From: Candidatus Micrarchaeota archaeon
Lineage (GTDB): Archaea; Micrarchaeota; Micrarchaeia; Anstonellales; J096
Direction: 5' to 3'
Assembly (NCBI GenBank): GCA_015522475.1
Contig: WAMF01000001.1
Coordinates: forward strand, 36,054 to 100,053
DNA length: 64,000 bases
The position numbers and the translations under genes were made by a program. This document shows, piece after piece, positions 19,740 through 28,927 of the stretch (positions are counted from its first letter, which is position 1; each line of letters begins with the position of its first letter). Under the pieces are notes generated by a model. The model was not told the DNA's origin and ran no database searches. It saw nothing but the letters and a program-made list of their open reading frames with translations.

Positions 19740-19900
19740 GGGGCTAAACCAGGGGGTTGCCCGTAATGGGCTAAGAAGCGCCTCTAGGCGCTCACTCTGC
19801 TTCGCGGAGTTCGCGGGCCAGACTTGGCCTGCTTACGGCGCTTCGCGCGTCGTGCCAAGTGTCCTCCCTTCGGGTTGAGGACCACCTCCTGGGGCCTAAC
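19740..19900 (+). ncRNA. unidentified ~160-nt multi-hairpin structured RNA
   Basis: GC-rich island. Terminal helix 19749-19757/19884-19892 encloses six hairpins, one with a cUUCGg loop. G-U pairs form only on the + strand. Confidence 0.7.
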
Positions 19901-19920
19901 CTTCTTTTAAGCTTTCTTTC
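19900..19920 (+). terminator. oligo-pyrimidine (U-rich) terminator
   Basis: CCTTCTTTTAAGCTTTCTTTC immediately after the closing helix. Confidence 0.5.
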
Positions 19921-20001
19921 CAGTCGACTAAATATGACTAAACTTTCATTGATCCTTCGCCGCTGGCATAAGTTATTAAAGTTTAATCGCCAAAAACCAG
20001 C

Positions 20002-21609
20002 GTGACCGAGCTCTACGAAAAGCTAAACCAAGCGTGGAAACAAACGTGTAAGATAGTGCTAGGCGATGAGGTAGGCGAGCTGAGCGAGTATAAGCCATGG
20101 TTGGAAGAAGTCTTCAAGGAGTATAGCTCTCCAGAGTACGGCCCTTGGAAAAAGGAAGTGAGCTCAGCCTTGACGGAGAAAGCCGTTTACGTTTTTGCCC
20201 CTTTCTATGAGAAGGGAGCTAAGTTCGCTGAGTATGATCTATTAAAGGAGAAAAAGATAGAGCCTTTATCGTTAGATGAGATAAAGGACATAGACTCTAT
20301 TTTAGAGGCATGGAAAGAGCGCTGGTGTTATAAGGCCAGTGTCGTCCTAGGCAAAAGCTATCATGTAGAAGAAAGCGATTCCGTGTTTAATTCAAGCTTT
20401 GTGTTGGGCTCCTATGCTGTAGCAGAGTCTAGCTACGTGGCTTATTCCATATGGGTAAGGAATGGTGGAAGATATATATTCGGTAGTGGAGGCGGGCCGG
20501 GTTTTAAGTTTGCCATACGTTCAGGATACGGCGCTGGCTTCAATCGCGGCATGGGCACATACTTTTTCGCTAACGTAAGCGACGTTTACTTTAGCCACTA
20601 CATCTTTGACAGCAGCGAGGTCATGTTCTCCTTTAATCAGATAGGTAAGCACTACATCATAGGCAATCTTCAGCTAACAAAGGATAAATACATGCAAACA
20701 AAAGCGGCTTTACTTGAGCAGATAAGGGCTGAGTTAAAAGCAAAGAAACGTTTTCCTTCTCTCATGGAGTTAGTGGCTGAAAATAAAGCTAAGCTTCTCC
20801 CTATCCCAGAAGAAGAGCTGAAGAAGATAAGTGTAGAGGAAGAGAAGTGCGATATGAAGCCCATAGAGGCGGGATTTGAGCGCACAACAAAGCTTTTGCT
20901 AGGAGAGAGCTTTACTTTAGATGAGCTGAAGGGCTATCTCATGGGGAAGCGAGCCGTTCCTCCTCAGCTCATAGAAACGCCCAGCGGAGCTAAGGCTGTG
21001 TACTACTCCGTTCTTTATCACACATCTTGGCCTAGTGACATAAACCTCAGGATCATTATTGACAAGGAAGCTAATGCGGCAGCAACTGTAACACTGGAAG
21101 AAAGCTCTATAAAAGAGCTCAGGAGTATTCGTCAAAGTATCGGGAGGATCGCCTACATATCCCAAAGCCTTTCATATAAGAGTATGAATATCTGCAGCGT
21201 TCCCATATCTTTCAACTCAAGGGATGTCGCATATATCTTTGACACTACAGAGAATAAAGTGGCAGCCTATAATTACGTGGGCAGCCCCTCTTCCAGCTAC
21301 ATCTTCGGTAGCTTTTTCACCACCAACTCTTCCTTTGTCATAAACAGCGACGTAAATGAGAACCTGCAGCGCGCTATAGAAGCAGACCGCTGCTCAAACA
21401 GTAGCGACATTTATTTCAGCCACGATATAGACGGCTCAACAGAAGTTATGTTCTCCCAGCACTTGAAAGGCGCGCGCTACACCATTGGCAACTTAGCCCT
21501 TGATAAGGAAAAATACCTCTCCATAAAAGCCTCCCTACTCAGCCAAGTCGTGAATGAATTAAAAAGCAAAGGCAAGCTGCACTTCGGCGTGAGGGAGCTA
21601 GGTGTATAG
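20002..21609 (+). CDS. internally duplicated beta-helix-repeat protein (uncharacterised, CPR/DPANN-type)
   Basis: Two homologous halves with short-period S..V.Y/S..I.F repeats, each ending in Y.IGNL.L.K.KY...KA.LL.Q. Confidence 0.75.
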   Translation: MTELYEKLNQAWKQTCKIVLGDEVGELSEYKPWLEEVFKEYSSPEYGPWKKEVSSALTEKAVYVFAPFYEKGAKFAEYDLLKEKKIEPLSLDEIKDIDSILEAWKERWCYKASVVLGKSYHVEESDSVFNSSFVLGSYAVAESSYVAYSIWVRNGGRYIFGSGGGPGFKFAIRSGYGAGFNRGMGTYFFANVSDVYFSHYIFDSSEVMFSFNQIGKHYIIGNLQLTKDKYMQTKAALLEQIRAELKAKKRFPSLMELVAENKAKLLPIPEEELKKISVEEEKCDMKPIEAGFERTTKLLLGESFTLDELKGYLMGKRAVPPQLIETPSGAKAVYYSVLYHTSWPSDINLRIIIDKEANAAATVTLEESSIKELRSIRQSIGRIAYISQSLSYKSMNICSVPISFNSRDVAYIFDTTENKVAAYNYVGSPSSSYIFGSFFTTNSSFVINSDVNENLQRAIEADRCSNSSDIYFSHDIDGSTEVMFSQHLKGARYTIGNLALDKEKYLSIKASLLSQVVNELKSKGKLHFGVRELGV

Positions 21610-21732
21610 GAACCTTGAGTTATTAGAGATAAGCATAGGATAAGGAAGAAATAGAAAGTATCTAAAGTAACTCCTATTTAATTCTTACAAAAAGCGGGGG
21701 CCCTTTAAAACACTTCCAACCAAAACACAAAG

Positions 21733-24339
21733 GTGGGATCGGTAAAGTACCTTAAAAAAGCATATAAAGACGAAGAGATATTCAAGCTCCTGGATGAGCA
21801 CGTAGCCCTATGGTTCAGGCGCAAGTATAAGAGCTTCACACCTCCTCAAAAATACGCCGTTAAGGAGATCCATGAGAAGAAAAACGTGCTCATAAGCTCG
21901 CCTACGGGCAGCGGCAAGACACTCTCAGCCTTCTTAGCTGTGCTCAACGAACTGCTTAAAAAGCACAAGGAAGGACAGCTCGATAACAAAATTTACTGTA
22001 TATATATCTCACCCCTACGAGCGCTCAACAACGACATAAAACGCAACCTCCTAGATCCTATAAAAGGCATAGGCAAAGTGATGAAAGAAAAGCTGCCCAT
22101 ACGCGTCGGCGTAAGAACGAGCGACACAACGGCTAAGGAAAAGGCAGAGATGTTGAGAAAGCCACCACATATTCTTATAACAACGCCCGAAAGCTTAGCC
22201 ATCTTGTTAAACAGCCCAAAATTTTCCCTTCATTTTAAAGAGGTCCAGTGGGTTATAGTGGATGAAATCCACAGCCTCGTTGAAAACAAAAGAGGCAGCC
22301 ATCTCAGTCTCAGCCTAGAGAGGCTCGCCCATAGAAACCAAGAATTTGTCAGGATAGGCTTATCAGCTACAATCTCTCCTCTGGAAGAAGTAGCCAAGTT
22401 TCTTGCGGGTGAGGGTAGAGACTGTGCCATAGTAGACGTAAACTACGTAAAGCAGACGGAGATAGAAGTATTAACGCCCGTAAGAGACCTCATATACACG
22501 CCGACACCAGTCTTAGATAGAAAGCTCTATCAACTCCTGGACGAGCTCATAGAAGAGCACGATACAACGCTCATATTTACAAACACACGCAGCGGTACAG
22601 AGAGGGTTGTAGCCAACTTAAAGGCTATGTTCGGCAAAAAGTATATAGAGAATCTAGCAGCTCATCACTCCAGCCTCAGCAGGCGTATCCGTCTAGACAC
22701 GGAAGAAAAGTTGAAGAGAGGTGAGTTCAAAGCCGTAGTCTCATCCACAAGCTTAGAGCTAGGTATAGACATAGGAAGTATAGACCTCGTCGTGCTCCTC
22801 GGCTCGCCCAAATCGGCTGTGAGGGCATTGCAGCGCATAGGGCGGAGCGGTCACAGACTGCACGAAACAAGTAAGAGCTGTATGATAGGCTTAGACAGAG
22901 ACGACGTAGTTGAGTGCAGCGTTATAGCCAGAAACGCGCTCGAAAGAAGGTTTGGCAAAGTACGCATACCTAAAGCGCCCCTCGACGTGCTCAGTCAGCA
23001 TATAGTAGGTATGGCCATAGAACAGGTGTGGGATGTATTCGACGCATACGAGCTTGTGAAGCGCGCATATCCCTACAGAGAGCTCAGCTTTGAATCGTTC
23101 AAACGCGTCATAGAATACCTAAGCGGCGCTTACGAAGAGTTGGAAGTGAGAAATATATATGCAAAGATATGGTACGAAGACGGCAAGTTTGGTAGAAGAG
23201 GCAAGATGATACGCGCCATTTACTACATGAACGTCGGCACAATTCCCGAAGAGGCCTACATAAAAGTCTTCACGCGCAACAAGGAGTTTATAGGTGAAAT
23301 CGAAGAAGCGTTTGCAGAACGCCTTATAAAAGGGGACATTTTTGCCCTCGGCGGAAAAACATATGAGTTTTTGTATTCGAGAGGCAACAGCATAGTGGTG
23401 GAGCCCGCATATGAGAGAAAGCCAACGATTCCTGCTTGGTATTCAGAGATGCTCCCTCTAGATTACAACTTAGCTTTGGACATAGAGGCATTTAGAGAGG
23501 ACATAGCGAAAAAGCTGAGGCAGGCAGAGATGAAGGAAGTGGACGAGGAAGTAGTGGAAAAGGAGCTTATGGAAACATATAAGCTAGATGAAAAGGGCAG
23601 CTCTGCAGTAATCTCTTACATAAAAGAGCAGGACGCATACAGCATAGTTCCGGGAAAGGAACACTTCCTTGTCGAAGAATATCTCGACATAGAAGAAAGC
23701 CTAAAGCATTACATCTTCCACACACTGGCTGGAAGAAAGGCCAACGAAGTCCTAGCTAGAATCTTCGCGTACGTCGTAGGCAAAGACAAAGGTATAAACG
23801 TGAGAGTAAGTGTCAGTGACTACGGCTTCGTGTTAAGCATGCCTAGATGGCGCACGCTCAAAGAAGAGGACATAAAAAAGATTTTCGAATACAGTGAAGA
23901 TGAGCTGGCATCTGCTCTTCGGAAAAGCATAGAAGGCTCCGAAATATTAAGGCGGCGCTTCAGGCACGTTGCAGCCAGAGGCTTCCTTATACTAAAACGC
24001 TATGGCAAAAAGACGATGAGCGCCAATAGGCAGCAAATCTCCGCCGATTCCCTCTTAAAATTCCTGCTCATGTATATGAGAAACTTTCCCCTTATAGAAG
24101 AAACATATCGAGAAGTGTTATATGACGCGATGCACATAGACGAGGCCTTTGACTACTTAAAAAAACTAGGCACGCGCGTCTTTGTCATGAAAAAGGGTTT
24201 AGCCGTGCTATCACCTTTTGCATTTAACTTATTAGCTAGCGGAGCTACCGACGTCGTCATGCTTCAAGACAGGCGGACATTCGTAAAGGAGCTCCACAGG
24301 AAGCTCATGGAGGAGATGCGTGACAAGGGGAAAAGATAA
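21733..24339 (+). CDS. lhr: Lhr-like SF2 helicase
   Basis: PTGSGKTL, DEIH, SAT, SLELGIDIG, QRIGRSGH and GTIPEE motifs. Confidence 0.93.
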   Translation: MGSVKYLKKAYKDEEIFKLLDEHVALWFRRKYKSFTPPQKYAVKEIHEKKNVLISSPTGSGKTLSAFLAVLNELLKKHKEGQLDNKIYCIYISPLRALNNDIKRNLLDPIKGIGKVMKEKLPIRVGVRTSDTTAKEKAEMLRKPPHILITTPESLAILLNSPKFSLHFKEVQWVIVDEIHSLVENKRGSHLSLSLERLAHRNQEFVRIGLSATISPLEEVAKFLAGEGRDCAIVDVNYVKQTEIEVLTPVRDLIYTPTPVLDRKLYQLLDELIEEHDTTLIFTNTRSGTERVVANLKAMFGKKYIENLAAHHSSLSRRIRLDTEEKLKRGEFKAVVSSTSLELGIDIGSIDLVVLLGSPKSAVRALQRIGRSGHRLHETSKSCMIGLDRDDVVECSVIARNALERRFGKVRIPKAPLDVLSQHIVGMAIEQVWDVFDAYELVKRAYPYRELSFESFKRVIEYLSGAYEELEVRNIYAKIWYEDGKFGRRGKMIRAIYYMNVGTIPEEAYIKVFTRNKEFIGEIEEAFAERLIKGDIFALGGKTYEFLYSRGNSIVVEPAYERKPTIPAWYSEMLPLDYNLALDIEAFREDIAKKLRQAEMKEVDEEVVEKELMETYKLDEKGSSAVISYIKEQDAYSIVPGKEHFLVEEYLDIEESLKHYIFHTLAGRKANEVLARIFAYVVGKDKGINVRVSVSDYGFVLSMPRWRTLKEEDIKKIFEYSEDELASALRKSIEGSEILRRRFRHVAARGFLILKRYGKKTMSANRQQISADSLLKFLLMYMRNFPLIEETYREVLYDAMHIDEAFDYLKKLGTRVFVMKKGLAVLSPFAFNLLASGATDVVMLQDRRTFVKELHRKLMEEMRDKGKR

Positions 24340-24372
24340 AAAGGCGCGAGTTGAAGGATATGAGAGGATAAA

Positions 24373-25311
24373 ATGAAGAGCCGAATTTATATTGTAGGCA
24401 AGTCTCGCCTGGGAAGAGCCATAAAAGCGGAGCTACCAGAGGCCAAGCTCATATCTCGGAGCGACGGCATAGCCTATACAGAAAAGACTTTGACGCCGAT
24501 CCTTAAAGACGCTAATGTCGTCATTCTAGCTGCCGGGAAGACGCGCGGAAGTGAAGCGGAGCTAATGAGAGAGCATGTAAAAACAGCCGAAGCTGTGGCA
24601 AGAGCCGTGCCAAAAAATGCTACATTGCTCTATGCCTCGAGCATCTCCGTCTATGGAAAAAAACGAGGGCCAATAAAAGGTGGCGAATCCTTGCCTTTAA
24701 AGCCAGACACTGCTTATGCAAAGGCGAAGGCCGAAGCTGAAAAAGCGCTTAGAACAGCTAGAAGAGTTAGAGCACGCGACAAGACCATCATTTTCAGAAT
24801 AGGTACAATGTACGGCATAGAATACGAAAGTTATGTGAAGATGTTCAAAGCCATAGAGAAAGGGCTCGTCCCTGTTATAGGAGCTGGTAAAAACAACGTG
24901 CCTTTCACATACATAAGAGATGTGGCAAAAGCCTTTGCAGCAGCCACCAAGCAGCTCATAAAAGGAAGGGGCCTCGCCTACGACGTGTATAACCTAGCAG
25001 GAAGCGGTTGTCAACAAGAAGCAGCCATAGATTTAGCAGCACAGTATTTGGGCGCGAAGCCGAGAAAGATTCATGTACCGCTCTTTTTAGCCAAAGGTAT
25101 GGGGAAGCTGTGCAACGCGATTAACGACGTTGGAAAGAGCGGCTGCCCTTGGGATGAAGAGGCTGTATTGAGCTTATCCTCTGATAGGCACATATCAAGC
25201 GAGCGCGCAAAAAAAGCAGCTCTATTTAAAGAAACGCCCATACAAAAAGGTATTGAAGCAGTTGTAAAAGCATACAAAGCCCAAACTATAGGCAAAAAGC
25301 CTAAGCAGTGA
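24373..25311 (+). CDS. NAD-dependent epimerase/dehydratase (extended SDR)
   Basis: SSISVYG, YAKAK, IRDVA and VYNL motifs; degenerate N-terminal Gly motif. Confidence 0.8.
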   Translation: MKSRIYIVGKSRLGRAIKAELPEAKLISRSDGIAYTEKTLTPILKDANVVILAAGKTRGSEAELMREHVKTAEAVARAVPKNATLLYASSISVYGKKRGPIKGGESLPLKPDTAYAKAKAEAEKALRTARRVRARDKTIIFRIGTMYGIEYESYVKMFKAIEKGLVPVIGAGKNNVPFTYIRDVAKAFAAATKQLIKGRGLAYDVYNLAGSGCQQEAAIDLAAQYLGAKPRKIHVPLFLAKGMGKLCNAINDVGKSGCPWDEEAVLSLSSDRHISSERAKKAALFKETPIQKGIEAVVKAYKAQTIGKKPKQ

Positions 25312-25339
25312 AGGGCTGTTAGCTGAGCACTGAAGATAA

Positions 25340-26047
25340 ATGGAGAAACGAAGGGGAAGCATGCTTAAGCAAATGATGTGGGCTCTTGAAGCTGGCAGGG
25401 TTTACAGAGAGCTCACAAAAGAATGGAAAGAGCCCGGCCCATTAAAGGACAGGATACGCTATACATTGTATTTGGCTGGTACTGCCACTGTTCTAAAGGC
25501 GAGACGCGAAGACTACACACGCATAGGCCGCATATTCGCCTTCGCAGATATATTCGACGACCTCTTAGATAACGGCAAGTGGGAGAAAGCAAAAGCCTTT
25601 ATATCCGCCGTAAAAATGGAAGAGGAAGGATTGGCGAAGCGTTTCGAGCGACTCCTAAGATGGAAGCAAGTCCTTAAGTTCAAAACACCGAAGGCATTCA
25701 TGCTTTGGGATTTAATGGAAACGTACGGCGCATTCCTCGAAGTCGTGAAAAAAATGGATGTAAGTAATGCATTGAAGCAAGACCTGAAGCTCCTCACAAT
25801 TCACATGAACATACTCGACGATATAGAAGATTACAAAGAAGATATAAAAAACGGCGAACCTAACTTCTTGGAGCTCTGTATAGGCAAAATGGAGATAAAA
25901 GGCAACGTCGGCAGATTTCTAAGAAAACAACAGCCGGAGAAGCATAAAGAGATAAACGAGTATCTGAAAGGCCTAGAACGTCGAATGAAGTTGAAGCCCG
26001 TGAAGCTTTTGGCTAAGGCGAAGCGCATGAAAGTGCTGCTTGTATAG
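25340..26047 (+). CDS. class I isoprenoid-synthase-fold protein
   Basis: Two Asp-rich motifs, DIFDDLLD and LDDIEDYKED...N. Confidence 0.65.
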   Translation: MEKRRGSMLKQMMWALEAGRVYRELTKEWKEPGPLKDRIRYTLYLAGTATVLKARREDYTRIGRIFAFADIFDDLLDNGKWEKAKAFISAVKMEEEGLAKRFERLLRWKQVLKFKTPKAFMLWDLMETYGAFLEVVKKMDVSNALKQDLKLLTIHMNILDDIEDYKEDIKNGEPNFLELCIGKMEIKGNVGRFLRKQQPEKHKEINEYLKGLERRMKLKPVKLLAKAKRMKVLLV

Positions 26048-26061
26048 AGAAAAGGGATAAG

Positions 26062-26958
26062 ATGAAGAAGGGAGAAGGAAAAGGAAATGAAGAGAGGAAA
26101 AGGAAAAAGAGTAGACAAGAAGAAATGCAGGAGAGGAAGCAAAAAAAAGAGCAGAAAAGAGGGCACGAGGCGGAGCATAACGAACACAAACAAGCAGAAC
26201 AAAGTGTGGAAGAGCTCGAGCTCTTCTACAATCGCTCAGCTATAGAAAATGCCAATTATTACTTCACTCTAGCCAAAAAGATGAAGAAAAAAGCAGAAGG
26301 AGCCGAGAAAGCCATTAAAGAGCTAGAAAAAAAGCTGAGCAAAGAAGAGAAAAAGAAGGCGAAAGAAAGGGCCAAGAGACAAAGCGGCGAGTTCAGTGTA
26401 GCTGAAGCCAAAGATGTTATAACAACTACGACAAGCGCGGGTTTAACTGTCCATATAGGTAAAGAAGCGGGTGCTAATGAAAAGCTGTATAGGGCTATGA
26501 CAATGGATGACTTGTTTTTCCATGCAGACATACACGGAGCTGCAACAGTTATTTTGAAAAAGGGTGCAAACGCGCCATTGAGAGATAAGCTGGAGGCAGC
26601 CACACTAGCAGCAAGCTACAGTAAAGCCTGGAAGCTAGACTACAACGCAGTCACAGTTTATGCTGTTATGAAGGACCAAATAAAGCCTTTGGCAAAAGCA
26701 GGACAATATGACTTTGAAGGCAAGAGAGAATGGTTTAAGAACGCGGCACTCCGTCTTATTATAGGCATACATAGAAATAAGCTCAATATCTTCGCTGTTA
26801 ACACAAAGTTAAATATTAAAAAAGCGGTGAGCATAAGCCCTGGCGGCAAGCTGAAGAAAGATGCTGCTGCTAAATGGCTGGCTGAATTCTACGGTGTGGA
26901 TGAGGCTAAGATAAAAGCGCTGTTGCCTTCGGGCAAGTTCTATCTGAAAAGAATTTAA
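26062..26958 (+). CDS. NFACT-R (DUF814)/Rqc2 C-terminal region protein
   Basis: SAIENANYYF..AKK.KKK coiled coil, IGKEAGANE, FFHADIHGA and YSKAWK. Confidence 0.85.
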   Translation: MKKGEGKGNEERKRKKSRQEEMQERKQKKEQKRGHEAEHNEHKQAEQSVEELELFYNRSAIENANYYFTLAKKMKKKAEGAEKAIKELEKKLSKEEKKKAKERAKRQSGEFSVAEAKDVITTTTSAGLTVHIGKEAGANEKLYRAMTMDDLFFHADIHGAATVILKKGANAPLRDKLEAATLAASYSKAWKLDYNAVTVYAVMKDQIKPLAKAGQYDFEGKREWFKNAALRLIIGIHRNKLNIFAVNTKLNIKKAVSISPGGKLKKDAAAKWLAEFYGVDEAKIKALLPSGKFYLKRI

Positions 26959-26971
26959 TGGAAAGCTAAAG

Positions 26972-27745
26972 CTAGAGGTTCAATAGGAAGTCCAGATACT
27001 CACCTAAGTTGTTAAAGATGCGCTTAGCGCCTTTTTGATAGAGCCATTCTCGTCGGCCCATGCCAGAGTAAATGGCATAGGTTTCAAAACCCGCTTTTTT
27101 TGCTCCTTCGACATCATGAGGCCCATCACATACATACAGAACATTGCTGGCTTGGATGTGGCCTTTCTCCGCTTGGTTAGTTGTGTCAGCGGTGTTAGCC
27201 AGCTGAATTGCTCTACTGTAGATGGTGGGATGCGGCTTTTTGACACCCACATCATAAGCGCTCACGACAAATGCAAAATGATTTATGAACGGAATGTGCT
27301 TTTTAACAAAGTAAGGGTCGTCGTTGGTTACAATGCCCAACAAGTATTTCTCTTTCAGAGCATCAAACTTGGGCACATGCTTCTCGTTAAAAAGGGGTTT
27401 GCTCCCTATAGCTTTCGTGTGCCTCTTCAGCATGCTCCTAAGCTCATAGGCGCGCTGCTTATATAAAGAGGGCTCAAGCCCTGCCAAAAGCCCCCTTGCT
27501 ATTTCCTCGGCTTTGTCGACATGCTCTACGTTGAGCTTAGAAACTAACTCCTTTCTATCGTAAGCAGCCATTAAAGGAAGTAAATTGGCATTGCCCAATA
27601 AAGGAGGCACACCTCTAAGAAAGATGTAATCTTTGAAGGTGTAATCTTTGGATAAAGCTGCGTTAAACTCCTCCAAAAAGGAGGAAATAGCTTCTTCATA
27701 GGTTAAGAGCACACCGTTAACATCAAAAAACGCCGCCGAATACAT
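26972..27745 (-). CDS. HAD-superfamily hydrolase
   Basis: FFDVNGVL, IVTN, KKPHP and DGPHDVEGAKKAG motifs. Confidence 0.85.
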   Translation of the reverse strand: MYSAAFFDVNGVLLTYEEAISSFLEEFNAALSKDYTFKDYIFLRGVPPLLGNANLLPLMAAYDRKELVSKLNVEHVDKAEEIARGLLAGLEPSLYKQRAYELRSMLKRHTKAIGSKPLFNEKHVPKFDALKEKYLLGIVTNDDPYFVKKHIPFINHFAFVVSAYDVGVKKPHPTIYSRAIQLANTADTTNQAEKGHIQASNVLYVCDGPHDVEGAKKAGFETYAIYSGMGRREWLYQKGAKRIFNNLGEYLDFLLNL

Positions 27746-27831
27746 AGACCAAAATAAGAAGCCAAGTGTTTATTAAATTGACTAAATGACTAAGCTTTAA
27801 TTTGGTACCTTATAGCTCAATACGGAAGATC

Positions 27832-28419
27832 CTACAAGGACTTCCACATTATATAATTAGCCGATTTCACGCCGGGCAACTTAGCCACGCGCCCGCGCAG
27901 CTTAGGAGAATAGCCCGCCGCCCTGAAATAAAGCTTCCTACCATCTCGACGTTCCAAAGGAAGTGGAACCATGCTGGGATTAAACATCGCTCCATCATCT
28001 ATTTGAACAAGAAGGTGCTTTGGCTCGTAGCCATTCTTCATATAAAACCGCTCTACCCATTCTATATCAGCTGCCCCTACTGTAAGTTCTTCTTGGCCTG
28101 TAGCTTTAACGGCTCGCTCAAAACAGCTCAGCAAAGAAGAGCCTATGCCCCGCCGCCAAAACGCTTTCTTCACTGCCAAACTACCTATCACTATTTCGCC
28201 GTTCACAACATCCGGAAAGCAAATGCCTACAAGCTCATTGTTGAGATAATATGCTAGATGTAGTGAAGGATATTTTGTATAAAAAGCTTTGAACGCCTCG
28301 AAACTCATATCCAGCTCTGTGTAATCTTTGGCTAGCTGCCACCCCTCTTTGAGATCCTTTTCCAGCAGAAGCCTGCATAAGCCCAAAGCTGAGCGAGGGC
28401 TTTTTTGCGATTCTGTCAT
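27832..28419 (-). CDS. GNAT acetyltransferase
   Basis: LAVKKAFWRRGIGSSLL and FYMKNGY motifs. Confidence 0.85.
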   Translation of the reverse strand: MTESQKSPRSALGLCRLLLEKDLKEGWQLAKDYTELDMSFEAFKAFYTKYPSLHLAYYLNNELVGICFPDVVNGEIVIGSLAVKKAFWRRGIGSSLLSCFERAVKATGQEELTVGAADIEWVERFYMKNGYEPKHLLVQIDDGAMFNPSMVPLPLERRDGRKLYFRAAGYSPKLRGRVAKLPGVKSANYIMWKSL

Positions 28420-28467
28420 AAGCGCCTTTAGGCCAAGGTATTTAAAGATATTTTTCCAAGGCACCTC

Positions 28468-28890
28468 ATGACAAACTTATTTGAATGGTCTGGCATAGTC
28501 GGGGGCGTGATAATTGCCGGCTCCTATCTGCCACAGATATACAAGTTGCTGAAGACTAAGACGGCTAGAGGCATCTCGACAATCTTCGTTACGGCGCTGC
28601 TTGTGGGAAGCTTGCTTCTCCTCATTTACTCTCTGTATGTAGGAGATACGCTCTTCATAGCCCTTAATGGCTGCGCCAGTGTCTTTGCAGGCACGGTCCT
28701 AGCTTTAGCCGTTTACTACAAATACCATGAGAACGAAGGTTCTGGCAAAGTGCTAAGACAGTTCTTTCCGAAGAAAGGGGAAAGGACAAATGCCAAAAGG
28801 TCAAGAGTCAAGCCAAAGAAGGCGAAGTCCACAAAAACTACGAGAAAATCCACGAAGAGGAAAACCAAGAGGAAAGTCCAGCATAAATAG
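28468..28890 (+). CDS. SemiSWEET/PQ-loop transporter with Lys/Arg-rich tail
   Basis: YLPQIYK...ARGIS and three TM helices. Confidence 0.85.
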   Translation: MTNLFEWSGIVGGVIIAGSYLPQIYKLLKTKTARGISTIFVTALLVGSLLLLIYSLYVGDTLFIALNGCASVFAGTVLALAVYYKYHENEGSGKVLRQFFPKKGERTNAKRSRVKPKKAKSTKTTRKSTKRKTKRKVQHK

Positions 28891-28927
28891 GCGTAGGCTT
28901 TTAAGCCCTCTTTCCTTTTTATAGAGC

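Noticed and set aside
19798-19875. Minus-strand cGAAg triloops suggesting an ssDNA element or DGR hairpins
   Set aside because: On the minus strand the G-U pairs become A-C mismatches, and no RT, HUH or TR/VR pair is present. Disfavoured but not excluded.
19738-19878. 46-codon ORF (MGLNQGVARN...) over the structured element
   Set aside because: Probably a by-product of high GC. Near-complete base pairing and G-U asymmetry favour an RNA function.
19740-19900. SRP RNA, RNase P RNA or 5S rRNA identity
   Set aside because: No helix-8 CAGG..GGAA..AGCA motif, no GAGGAAAGUCC and no 5S signature; too short for archaeal SRP RNA.
19954-19966. CCTTCGCCGCTGG, complementary to a conserved 16S rRNA segment
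   Set aside because: No CTGA box follows and the match is short.
16829-21609. Diversity-generating retroelement TR/VR pair
   Set aside because: Differences between the paralogs are not adenine-specific and there is no reverse transcriptase in the window.
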